Below are positions 27,780 to 37,800 of a stretch of 64,000 nucleotides of DNA, in pieces. A program made the translations under genes and the position numbers. Position 1 is the stretch's first letter. Every line of letters starts with the position of its first letter. Origin of the DNA: Lachnospiraceae bacterium (GTDB lineage: Bacteria > Bacillota > Clostridia > Lachnospirales > Lachnospiraceae); the NCBI GenBank assembly GCA_017479285.1, contig JAFVCL010000095.1, positions 8,860-72,859 of the forward strand. The letters run 5' to 3'. The notes below the pieces were generated by a model. The model was not told where the DNA came from, ran no database searches, and saw nothing but the letters and a program-made list of their open reading frames with translations.

Positions 27780-30700
27780 ATGTTTTCAAAAAGACTTTTT
27801 AACGATGGCTGGGAGTTTTCAAAAGAGCGACCCGAAACAGATACAGACAGGATAGCCGACTTTTCCTTTGAGAGGGTTAATCTGCCCCACGACTGGCTTA
27901 TCTACCAGACAGGGGATCTCTACGAGGACGCGACCGGATTTTACAGAAAGGTTTTTAACCTTGAAAAAAAGGCGGGAATAAGATACGAGATCTATTTCGA
28001 GGGTGTATATATGGACACCACCGTCTATGTAAACGGGAAGACCGTGGGTGAGTGGAAATACGGTTACTCAAGCTTTTTCTTCGATATCACGGATGAGCTG
28101 GAAAACGGGGAGAACACCATCCTTGTCAAGGTCTGCTTCCTTGCTCCGAACAGCCGCTGGTACAGCGGTGCGGGTATTTACCGCGATGTGTATTTTATAG
28201 AACACCATGAGACCCATATAGTTACAGACAGTCTTTATGTATCTGCAAAGCCTGTAACCGATGGTTACAAAATAACGCAGGATATCGATCTGTCCGGGAC
28301 ATGGGAGATCAAGGTAAGCGCGGAGATCGCAAAGGGAAAGGCCGACAGCCTCTGGAATAAAGGGTATGACCCAGCCGGGCTTTCGGAAATCTCAAACCGT
28401 GTAAAGCTTACGCTCTGGTTTCCCATGCTCGGAAAGACCCACAGCGCTCTTATAGGCGCAGTAAGCACCGGGAAATCCGACGGGGGCATCGTGAGAGTAG
28501 AGTTTACCGAAAGGGTGGAGGGACCGAAGCTTTGGGAGCTTGAGGATCCGAAGCTCTATGACTGCGTGCTCGCTGTCTTTGATCCGGAGGCGGATTACGG
28601 GGAGAAGGATAAAAAGCCGTATGAAGTCTCCGGGGATGAGAAGGGAAAAAGGGTTGTGAACCTTAAGCCCGGGGAGCCTGTGGGAGATAAGGAAAAGACA
28701 TTTTTTGGATTCAGGAGCTTTGTGCTGGACAATGAAAAGGGCTTTTTTATAAACGGCAGGCACATTAAGCTGAACGGAACCTGTGAGCACCATGATCTCG
28801 GACTTCTCGGGGCTGCATTTAACAAAGCGGCAGCAAAAAGAGAGCTTGAGATACTCCGCGGAATGGGAGTTAATGCCATAAGAACCGCCCATAATATGCC
28901 CGCAGTAGGCCTGCTTGAGCTTACGGATGAGATGGGCTTTATCGTTATGGATGAGTCCTTTGATATGTGGGAGGGGGGAAAGACAGAGTTTGATTACGGA
29001 AGATTTTTCAAGGAGTGGCAGGAAAGGGATGTCAGAAGCTGGATAAGGCGCGACCGCAACCACCCCTGTATCTTCCTGTGGAGTATCGGAAACGAGATAT
29101 ATGATACCCACAAGGACGCCCACGGTGAGGATATAACAAGATACCTCCAGAAGGAAGTGCGGGAAAATGATATATACGAGAATGCCGTGATAGGAATCGG
29201 CTCAAATTATATGCCCTGGCAGGGAGCACAGAACTGCGCGGATATTCTTAAGTACGCAGGGTATAATTACGGCGAGAAATTCTATGACGAGCATCACAAA
29301 AAACACCCGGACTGGTTTATTTTCGGAAGCGAGACGAGCTCGACGGTCCAGAGCCGGGGGATATACAAGTTCCCGCTCGGCCAGAGCCTTCTTGCGGATG
29401 ACGATCTTCAGTGTTCGACTCTGGGAAACTGCACTACCAGCTGGGGAGCTCCGAATGCGGAATACTGTATTATCGCGGAGCGGGACCATGAATTCTCCAT
29501 GGGACAGTTCCTCTGGTCGGGCTTTGACTATATCGGGGAACCCACGCCCTATCACACAAGAAATTCATACTTCGGGCAGATAGACACGGCGGGCTTCCCG
29601 AAGGATACTTATTATGTATATAGGTCCGCATGGACAGACTATAAAAAGGAGCCCTTTGTCCACATCTTCCCCTATTGGGACTGGAACGAGGGACAGAGCG
29701 TTGATGTAAGAGTAGCAAGCAACGCGCCGGCGGTGGAGCTTTTTGTAAACGGAAGGTCCATGGGGATACAGAACATAGACCACGCCCACGGAAAAGTTCT
29801 TACAGGCAATTACAGGGTTGTTTTTGAAAAGGGTGAGATAACCGCAAAGGCCTATGACGAGAACGGTAAGGAGATAGCTTTCGAAAGCAGGCATTCCTTC
29901 GGCGACCCCGTGAGCATAAAGCTTGACTATTACGAGACCGATAAGATTTATACCGCGGGATGCGGCGATATGGCATTTATAGAGGTGAGTGTCCTTGACG
30001 GGGACGGATACCCTGTGGAAAATGCAAATAATCTTATAAATGTAAATGTTTCCGGCGCCGGGTATCTCGCCGGTCTTGATAACGGAGACTCCACTGATAC
30101 GGACGAGTACAAGGGTCATGTAAAAAGACTTTTTGGCGGAAGGATGCTGGTCGGGATATCCATTGGTGATAAGCCCGGAAACATAGATATAGAGTTAAGC
30201 AGCGAGGGACTTAAAGGAGCCTGCGGGCAGATATGTGTTACGAAAAAGAAGGAGACCGAAGGGATATCGCTTATTCCCGAGGACTTTGACAGTATCGGAT
30301 ATAAGGCTCTTTTTTCCGGCAAAAAGGCTTCTGACTCCTCCGGTGAAGCTGAAGGTGTCAGCGACAGAGAGCATGAATTAAGAGTCAGAAGGATATCGCT
30401 TTTTGCCGATACCGGAAGGGTTCTTACAAAGGATAAGAATACCGTAAGGGTAAGCGCGAAGGTATATCCCGAGAGCGCGTTAAAGAATTTAAAGCCCGGA
30501 GACCTTATCTGGAAGGTGGTAACAAACGCCGGAATCGACAGCAATATCGCAAAGCTTAAGGTTATAGATGAATATACCGCGGAGATAACCGCAGTGGGCG
30601 ATGGGGATTTGAGAGTGCGTTGCATGACAAAATGCGGCTGCGGAAGCGTAAAGGTTATCTCGGAGCTTGACTTTACGGCCGAGGGAATCGGAAAGGCCAC

Positions 30701-31457
30701 GCTTAATCCTTATGATTATATCGCAGGCGGTCTGTGGAGCGTATGTGAGGGGCAGATGGGCAACGGAAACGAGCACGGCGTATCGACGATGAGAAACGAG
30801 CGCTCGGTGGTTGGCTTTGAAAATATAGATTTCGGTTCCTTCGGAAGCGATGAAATTACGCTTGACCTTTTCGTTCTTTCGGACAATCCTTTTCCGATGC
30901 AGATATGGGAGGGAATGCCGGGAGAGGAGGGAAGCGAGCTCCTTGCGGATGTGGTATACCATAAAAAGATGATATGGAATGTATACCAGCCCGATACCTA
31001 TAAGCTCTCAAGAAGAATAAAGGGGCTTGCGCTGCTGAGCTTTGTGACCTATGATAAGGGCATGATAAAAGGCTTTTCCTTCAGGAAACCCATAAAGGCG
31101 TATGAGCTTTTAAAGGCCGGAGAATGTGACAGCGTATATGGTGATACATTTGAGAAAAAGGCGGACAGGATCGAGGGTATCGGTAATAATGTGACAGTGG
31201 AATTTACCGATATGGATTTCGGAGAGGACACCGCCGCGTCTGTAGTTATAAACGGAAGTACCGATAAGCCCGTAAACACCATTCACCTTATATTTGATAA
31301 GGATGGCGCAGAGACAAGGGATATACTCGAATTCAGATCCGGTTCGGACTCACGGGAGTTTAAGATAAGCGGATACACGGGCTGCGGAGTGGTCAGATTT
31401 GTATTTCTTCCGGGCAGCAGCTTCGACTTTGCGTCGTTCAGATTCATAAAACAATAA
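27780..31457 (+). CDS. GH2 glycoside hydrolase (beta-galactosidase-like) with C-terminal beta-sandwich/CBM6-like modules
   Basis: LPHDW, FEGVY, SRWYSGAGIYR, HHDLG, NAIRTAHN, RDRNHPCIFLWSIGNE (acid/base), GSET (nucleophile) and FDYIGEPTP. No signal peptide. Confidence 0.9.
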   Translation: MFSKRLFNDGWEFSKERPETDTDRIADFSFERVNLPHDWLIYQTGDLYEDATGFYRKVFNLEKKAGIRYEIYFEGVYMDTTVYVNGKTVGEWKYGYSSFFFDITDELENGENTILVKVCFLAPNSRWYSGAGIYRDVYFIEHHETHIVTDSLYVSAKPVTDGYKITQDIDLSGTWEIKVSAEIAKGKADSLWNKGYDPAGLSEISNRVKLTLWFPMLGKTHSALIGAVSTGKSDGGIVRVEFTERVEGPKLWELEDPKLYDCVLAVFDPEADYGEKDKKPYEVSGDEKGKRVVNLKPGEPVGDKEKTFFGFRSFVLDNEKGFFINGRHIKLNGTCEHHDLGLLGAAFNKAAAKRELEILRGMGVNAIRTAHNMPAVGLLELTDEMGFIVMDESFDMWEGGKTEFDYGRFFKEWQERDVRSWIRRDRNHPCIFLWSIGNEIYDTHKDAHGEDITRYLQKEVRENDIYENAVIGIGSNYMPWQGAQNCADILKYAGYNYGEKFYDEHHKKHPDWFIFGSETSSTVQSRGIYKFPLGQSLLADDDLQCSTLGNCTTSWGAPNAEYCIIAERDHEFSMGQFLWSGFDYIGEPTPYHTRNSYFGQIDTAGFPKDTYYVYRSAWTDYKKEPFVHIFPYWDWNEGQSVDVRVASNAPAVELFVNGRSMGIQNIDHAHGKVLTGNYRVVFEKGEITAKAYDENGKEIAFESRHSFGDPVSIKLDYYETDKIYTAGCGDMAFIEVSVLDGDGYPVENANNLINVNVSGAGYLAGLDNGDSTDTDEYKGHVKRLFGGRMLVGISIGDKPGNIDIELSSEGLKGACGQICVTKKKETEGISLIPEDFDSIGYKALFSGKKASDSSGEAEGVSDREHELRVRRISLFADTGRVLTKDKNTVRVSAKVYPESALKNLKPGDLIWKVVTNAGIDSNIAKLKVIDEYTAEITAVGDGDLRVRCMTKCGCGSVKVISELDFTAEGIGKATLNPYDYIAGGLWSVCEGQMGNGNEHGVSTMRNERSVVGFENIDFGSFGSDEITLDLFVLSDNPFPMQIWEGMPGEEGSELLADVVYHKKMIWNVYQPDTYKLSRRIKGLALLSFVTYDKGMIKGFSFRKPIKAYELLKAGECDSVYGDTFEKKADRIEGIGNNVTVEFTDMDFGEDTAASVVINGSTDKPVNTIHLIFDKDGAETRDILEFRSGSDSREFKISGYTGCGVVRFVFLPGSSFDFASFRFIKQ

Positions 31458-31494
31458 TGGACGGAGTACGGCTTCGGATATCCGGTCGGAAGGG

Positions 31495-33438
31495 ATGAAT
31501 ATGGATGTTTTCGGCTCGTTGTTAAATGAATATTTTACATATTTCTTTGTCATATCGATAATAATTTTTATCGTGTTCACAAACAGGAATATGTATCATA
31601 AGATAAGATACAAGTTTATCGCTCTCATAGTCATTGAGGTGGTGGAGACGATAGCCGCGCGGGCCGAGGTATATTACTACGGTCTCGACCATCCGACCCT
31701 TATGAGAGTACTGCTCTCGACGCTTTGTTATATTTTAAGACCCTCAATTGTATACATAATGGTGCTCATACTGACAAGGGACAGGGACAGGAAGTTCCAT
31801 TTGCTTCTGGGAATACCTCTTTTTGTGGCTTCGGTCATAATCATAGCGGATATACCCTTCAAAAATGTCTTCTGGTTTACGGAGAAAAACACCTTCGAAA
31901 CAGGAAATCTTTTCCCCGTTACATATATGTCCATCGTCGTGTATCTTGTGATGATCCTTTTGCTGAACATCGCAAGATACGGAAAAAGCCTTGATCTTAA
32001 TGAGCTGCTTACTGTCTTTATAGGTGTGGGCTTTGTTATCCTGAATATAATCGGAGAAAGAAAAATCCCCCATTTCGGAGGGCAGAGTGAGATAACCACC
32101 GGTCTTGCGGTACTTCTTTATGCGATATTTTTTAAGAACATCGAGGATAAAAAGGAAAAACAGAATCTTGAGACAAGAGAGCAGAAGACAGGCCTTTTAA
32201 ACGAGAATGCCTGTGTAAAAAAGCTCAATGATATGCGGAGCACCGGGGATATAACCGAATTTGCCGCTGTATACTTCGACCTTGCGAGGTTCGGATTTAT
32301 CAACGACAGATATGGTATGGAGATCGGCAACATCGTCCTTGTGCAATATGCAAAGCAGCTGTCGGAGATGCTCCGCAGCGACGAGCTTCTCGCAAGGCAG
32401 GGGAGCGACAGGTTCATAGCGGTGGTCCTTAAGAGAAATATGGATCTTTTTCTGGATGTCCTCGCATCCTCAAGGGTTAAGTTTAATGAAAACGGAAAGG
32501 ATTACGATATCGAGGTAAAAGCCAGAGCCGGTGTATATATGATAGACGACAGGGATATCCTCGGCGTGGAGATAATCTCGGGAGCCTACGCAGCCCTTAC
32601 CTACGGCAAAAGCGCGGGAAACCAGGTTACCTATCTTACACCCGGGCTCCGGGCAAGATTAAGGGATGACAAGCAGTTTGAGATGGATATTCCCGTAGGT
32701 ATGGCTAACGAGGAATTCGTCCCATACTACCAGCCGAAGGTAAACAGCAGAACAGGTATGCTCTGCGGGGCGGAGGCTCTTGTAAGATGGGTAAAGAACG
32801 GACAGCTTATACCTCCGGGAAAATTTATTCCCGTCATGGAGACAAAGGACATGATGTGTGATATGGACTTTTATATGCTCCGTCATGTCTGTGCCGATAT
32901 CTCGAAATGGATAGAGGAGGGGCTTGTGCCGCCTACGATATCGGTGAATTTCTCAAGGCGCAATCTTTCAAATAAAAACCTTGCCTCCGATATAGACAGA
33001 GTGGTTACGGGATACCATGTTCCGAAGAAGCTTATCGAGATCGAGATAACAGAAACGATAGATGAGTTTCCTATCAGCGTGCTTAACGGCTTTGTCGAGG
33101 ATCTTCACAAACTCGGCTATAAGGTGGCTGTAGACGATTTCGGGAGCGGAAGCTCCTCCCTCAGCCTTCTTCGCGAGGTTAGTTTTGATACACTGAAGAT
33201 AGATAAGGGATTTGTGGACAGGGCGTTTTCAAAGGATCTTACGATCCTCGGATACATGATAAAGCTTTCTCTGGCTCTCGGCATAGAGATACTTGCGGAG
33301 GGCGTGGAGCAGAGAGAGCAGGTCGATACTCTTTTAACCATGGGCTGTGAGGTCATTCAGGGATACTATTTTGACAGACCTCTTCCCGGGGAGGATTTTG
33401 AACAGAGGATAATAAACAGGAGATATACCAATGTTTAG
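31495..33438 (+). CDS. Membrane-bound GGDEF(degenerate)-EAL protein, probable c-di-GMP phosphodiesterase
   Basis: About 7 N-terminal TM helices. GGDEF site reads QGSDRF. EAL motifs intact: YQPK, EALVRW, EITE, DDFGSG, KIDK, AEGVE, QGYYF. Confidence 0.88.
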   Translation: MNMDVFGSLLNEYFTYFFVISIIIFIVFTNRNMYHKIRYKFIALIVIEVVETIAARAEVYYYGLDHPTLMRVLLSTLCYILRPSIVYIMVLILTRDRDRKFHLLLGIPLFVASVIIIADIPFKNVFWFTEKNTFETGNLFPVTYMSIVVYLVMILLLNIARYGKSLDLNELLTVFIGVGFVILNIIGERKIPHFGGQSEITTGLAVLLYAIFFKNIEDKKEKQNLETREQKTGLLNENACVKKLNDMRSTGDITEFAAVYFDLARFGFINDRYGMEIGNIVLVQYAKQLSEMLRSDELLARQGSDRFIAVVLKRNMDLFLDVLASSRVKFNENGKDYDIEVKARAGVYMIDDRDILGVEIISGAYAALTYGKSAGNQVTYLTPGLRARLRDDKQFEMDIPVGMANEEFVPYYQPKVNSRTGMLCGAEALVRWVKNGQLIPPGKFIPVMETKDMMCDMDFYMLRHVCADISKWIEEGLVPPTISVNFSRRNLSNKNLASDIDRVVTGYHVPKKLIEIEITETIDEFPISVLNGFVEDLHKLGYKVAVDDFGSGSSSLSLLREVSFDTLKIDKGFVDRAFSKDLTILGYMIKLSLALGIEILAEGVEQREQVDTLLTMGCEVIQGYYFDRPLPGEDFEQRIINRRYTNV

Positions 33439-34774
33439 AATTAATTCCATTAAGAAAACCATAAAGGTCAGTGCGATAATCCTCACCGGTATTTTTGTGG
33501 TGCTTCTGGGCGTGTTTATCGGACATATCGTAAGCGTGAACCGCTTTAACAGCCAGACCAGGCAGATTACTCCGGAATCCATAACAACCGAGGCAATAGT
33601 GGATATACATCCGAGAGGTCAGGCCACGGACTCATGGATGAAGGAGAATACCGGACTCGGATATAAGCTTAACGCAAAGATATATGAACTTGTCCTTACG
33701 AACAACTCCCTTAGCCTTATGAGCGACTGGAGTCTTCGCATAAATATCCACGAGGAGTGTTTTCTCAACAACGGCTGGTGCGGTAAATTTGAGGTACATC
33801 AGTTCGGAGAAAACGGAGAAGAAAAGCAGCAGACAGTGGATCTTCGCGACTACAATGTAAATGATCTGGAGATAGATTATACCCTCGGCGGTCAGGATCT
33901 TCTCATACCGTTAAAAAGCGGAGATTATGTGATCTATCATCCGGACGATTCCGGAGTATCGGGGGAGGTCCCGCTTAAGTCGACAGGGGATTTTTCGGGT
34001 ATGGCTGTCTGTGGTTTTATTTTCTACAGCAGAAGCGGAAATGTGGACTTTATGGATTATGTTCTCGACTATAAGCTGTATCAGTCGTATTTCAGCGGCC
34101 GTCTCGGAAGACTCTTTATCGTGATGTTTCCTCTCTGGGGCATCGCCATGCTGTTCCTTGGGATGGTGTTCATGCTCTCGGTCCGTTACGAGGAAAGATT
34201 CCTTGCCCAGGAGAGACTGCTCGGCGATACATTCAAGCTTTGCGGGGACCTGGCGGATTCAAAGGATTACTACTCAAAGGGGCATTCGGGACGGGTTGCC
34301 AAATATTCGAGAATGATCGCGGAAAGGCTGGGAATGGACAAGAGCGACTGCGATCAGGTATATAATGCCGCGTACCTTCACAATATCGGGAACAGCTTTG
34401 TACCCGCACAGATACTCAGAAAGGGCGGAAAGCTGACGAGCGAGGAGTATGAGATAGTTAAAAAACACACCACAAAGGGAGCCGAGATCGCCAAAGAGCT
34501 GAAGGGAATCCCTTATATTGTGGCGGCGGTAAACTGTCATCACGAGAGGTACGACGGAACCGGATATCCGGAGGGGAGAAAGGAGGACATTCCTCTTATC
34601 GCAAGAATAATCGCGGTTGCCGATGCGTATGATGCAATGAGCAATGACAGACCTTACAGACAGAAATTCATCAAGGAACAGATCAGGGAGGAATTCATAA
34701 AAAACAGAGGGACCCAGTTCGATCCGAAGATAGTCGGAGTGTTTCTTGATATTATGGGGGAGAGGGAGCTTTAA
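33431..34774 (+). CDS. Membrane-anchored HD-GYP family protein with extracellular CBM2-like domain; HD motif reads HN
   Basis: Layout is TM, extracellular domain, TM, then GHSGRV, AYLHNIG, HHERYDGTGYP, ARIIAVADAYDAM, RPYR and GTQFDP. Confidence 0.85.
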   Translation: MFRINSIKKTIKVSAIILTGIFVVLLGVFIGHIVSVNRFNSQTRQITPESITTEAIVDIHPRGQATDSWMKENTGLGYKLNAKIYELVLTNNSLSLMSDWSLRINIHEECFLNNGWCGKFEVHQFGENGEEKQQTVDLRDYNVNDLEIDYTLGGQDLLIPLKSGDYVIYHPDDSGVSGEVPLKSTGDFSGMAVCGFIFYSRSGNVDFMDYVLDYKLYQSYFSGRLGRLFIVMFPLWGIAMLFLGMVFMLSVRYEERFLAQERLLGDTFKLCGDLADSKDYYSKGHSGRVAKYSRMIAERLGMDKSDCDQVYNAAYLHNIGNSFVPAQILRKGGKLTSEEYEIVKKHTTKGAEIAKELKGIPYIVAAVNCHHERYDGTGYPEGRKEDIPLIARIIAVADAYDAMSNDRPYRQKFIKEQIREEFIKNRGTQFDPKIVGVFLDIMGEREL

Positions 34775-34804
34775 GGACAGTCTTCGTCGGGAGAAGAGCT
34801 TGTA

Positions 34805-37800
34805 ATGAAAAAGTGGAAGAAAAGTTTGATAATAACCCTTATAGCCATAGTCCTTAATGTGGGAGGAAGACTGCTGGCCGGATTGCTGGATGCCCCGGGA
34901 TATGTAAATCTTCTGGGGACAGTTATCGCCGCCTATTTCGGTGGACCGCTGCAGGCAGTGGTCTCTGCAGTTATCAGCTCCGGGATCAGCACGATATTTC
35001 ACAGAGGTGACATATTAATACTGGCTGCGGATATTGCCTTTGCAGTGCCCGCGGGGCTTATTGTAAGAAAAAACAAATATTTCACCAGATTTTTTAATGC
35101 TGTCAGCGCGACGGCTTTTTTTGCTGTTACAAGAGCTGTTTTCATGTTTGCATCAAATATGATCTTTTATGGCGGAAGGACTGAGCTTGCCTATCCTGAC
35201 GCCGTAATAGACTTTCTTACATCCGTAGGCTTTGCAAGAGTGATCTGTTATGTCATAGCGGCAATATACATAAGCTTTTTTGACTCCTTTGTGGTAATGC
35301 TGATCGTCTTTGTTTTTGTATCGGTTTACAGGTATGTACGGAGAAGAAGGCTTGCAAGGGAATTAAAGAACGAGTTAAAAAGGGGACTGGCCATAGGCCT
35401 TTTCCTGGCTGTGCTGTGCGGAACAGCAGGCTTTTCTGCCGACAGCTATGCGGAGAGCAAAATGAATTTCGTGGACAGGCTTTACAACGCCGGTTCCGGA
35501 CTGACCGGCGGGTGCCTTAACGATCTTTGCATGACCGCGGACGGAACCATGTGGATAGGAACATACGGAGGTCTGTACCGCTTTAACGGCACGAAGTTCG
35601 TGCTCATAGATGAGATAAAAAGCGTCCGCGCGATACAGAAGCTTTATGTTGATTCCGAGGACAGATTGTGGGTCGGAAGCCAGGACGCGGGAGTTACCGT
35701 GCTTAATATCGATAAGAGTTTTTATAATATCGATATGGAGAGCGGGCTCCCTTCCAATGCCGTAAAATCCATTATTCAGGACAGCAACGGGCTTTATTAT
35801 ATCGCTACAACAGGCGGGCTTGTTACCGCGGAATATACGGACGGAGAGATAAGGATAGACAAGCTTTTTAAGGATATAGGTAATGTAAAGGCGCTTACCG
35901 CCGACAAAGCGGGGCATGTTGCGGCACTTAATTCCGTCGGGGATGTATATCTGTTTGACAGCGGGGAGCAGGTAGGCGGTCTTTCGTACAACAGCCTTAA
36001 GGCCACCGGGGTTAATTTTGACCCGGAGGGCAATCTTTATATCGGAACGGACACGGAGGTGCTTTTCAAGTACCAGATAGATGACAATAAGTTTAACAGG
36101 CTCTCGTCCATAAGGACGGACGGAATTACCGATATAAGGGATCTTTTGTTTGAGGACAACGGCATAATCTATATAGCCTCCGATTCGGGGACGGGATATC
36201 TGGATTCTATGAACAGGGTAAACAGAATCTATATAGAGGGGTTCGACCAGTCCATAGAGCATGTGTACAAGGATTATCAGGGCAATATCTGGTTTGCATC
36301 GTCTAAGTACGGACTGCTCTGCATGAACCGTTCCAATTTCACGGATCTTTTCAAGATGTGTTCCACAAAGAGCACGGCCTGCAATGCGGTGCTTGAATGG
36401 GACAGATATATGTATGTCGCTACGGATGACGGACTGAGAGTACTAAAGCTCGACAGCTCGAGAACCGTGAACAACAAGGTGACCAGAGCTCTTGAGGGAA
36501 TCCGAGTGCGCGCTATGTGCATAGACAAAACAAACGGAGACCTTCTTCTTGCAACCTACGGAAAGGGACTTGTAAAGGCGGATACGGACGGTAATGTGGA
36601 GGAATACAGCGGTGAGAGTGAAAACGACAGGAAGATAAGGATCGTCTGTCAGCTCACTGACGGAACTATCGTAACCTCCGGCGATATCGGATTGTTTTTC
36701 TACAGGAGCGGGAAACTCTCGGATAAGCTTTTGCTGGGAGAGGAACTTGGGGGAGGAACGGTCCTAAACATCCTCGAGACCGGGGACGGAACCCTGTTCG
36801 GAGGAACGGACGGCGACGGAATCGCTGTTATAAAGGATGGGGAGGTATTAAGGTATATTACCAAAAACGACGGTCTGAGCTCCGGAGTCATACTGAGGAT
36901 CGTTAAGGATGTCAATTCCTCCGGGTATTTTGTCCTTACCGGAAGCGGGGTTGATTACATGACCGCGGATTATGAGATAAGGGAGATAAGGCTGCCCTAT
37001 TACAATAATTTCGATATAGTCCAGAACGACCGCAATGAGGTGTTCGTAATCGGCGGCGCGGGAATATTTGTAATAAATTATGAGCAGTTCATGGATGAGG
37101 GTAATTCGGAAGGATATGTTCTTCTCGATACAAAGGCGGGGCTTCCGGGAAGCCTTACCAGCAACGCATGGAAATATGTAAGCGGGGACGGGATACTCTA
37201 TGTCTGCGGGAACACGGGAGTTTATTCACTGGATCTGTATAATTACGAGATGAAGAGTGATAAATACCTTACAAAGATAACCTCGGTAAAGCTCGACGGG
37301 CTGCAGCAGGATGTTACGGAGATCGGGGAGATATATATACCGAGGGGAGTCGATAAGATAGACCTTGATATAGAGCTTAATAATTATACTACATCAGACC
37401 CTTACATAAGATATTATATGGCGGGGGTTGACAGGGAGAAGACCACAAGACTCTCAAGCACTATGGAGAATGTGACCTACTACAGTATTCCATACGGAGA
37501 CCACAAGTTCTACATTGATGTTCTTGACGAGACGGGAAAGGTTCTTTCGGAACAGGTATATGTGTTCAGAAAGGATCAGGAGCTCTACGAGACCACCGGA
37601 TTTAGGATATATTTTTATCTCATGCTTACCGGATTTGTCGCCTTTATCGTAAGCTCCATCGTGCAGGGAGCCCTCTATACGCAAAACAGGAAAGCCAATG
37701 ATATCCATGAAAGGATAGTAAGTCAGCTTGAGCGGGAGAAGGCGGAGGCTCTCGGAAGAGCGATGCACATGGAGGAGGACCAGAAGCGGAAAGAAGCCCG

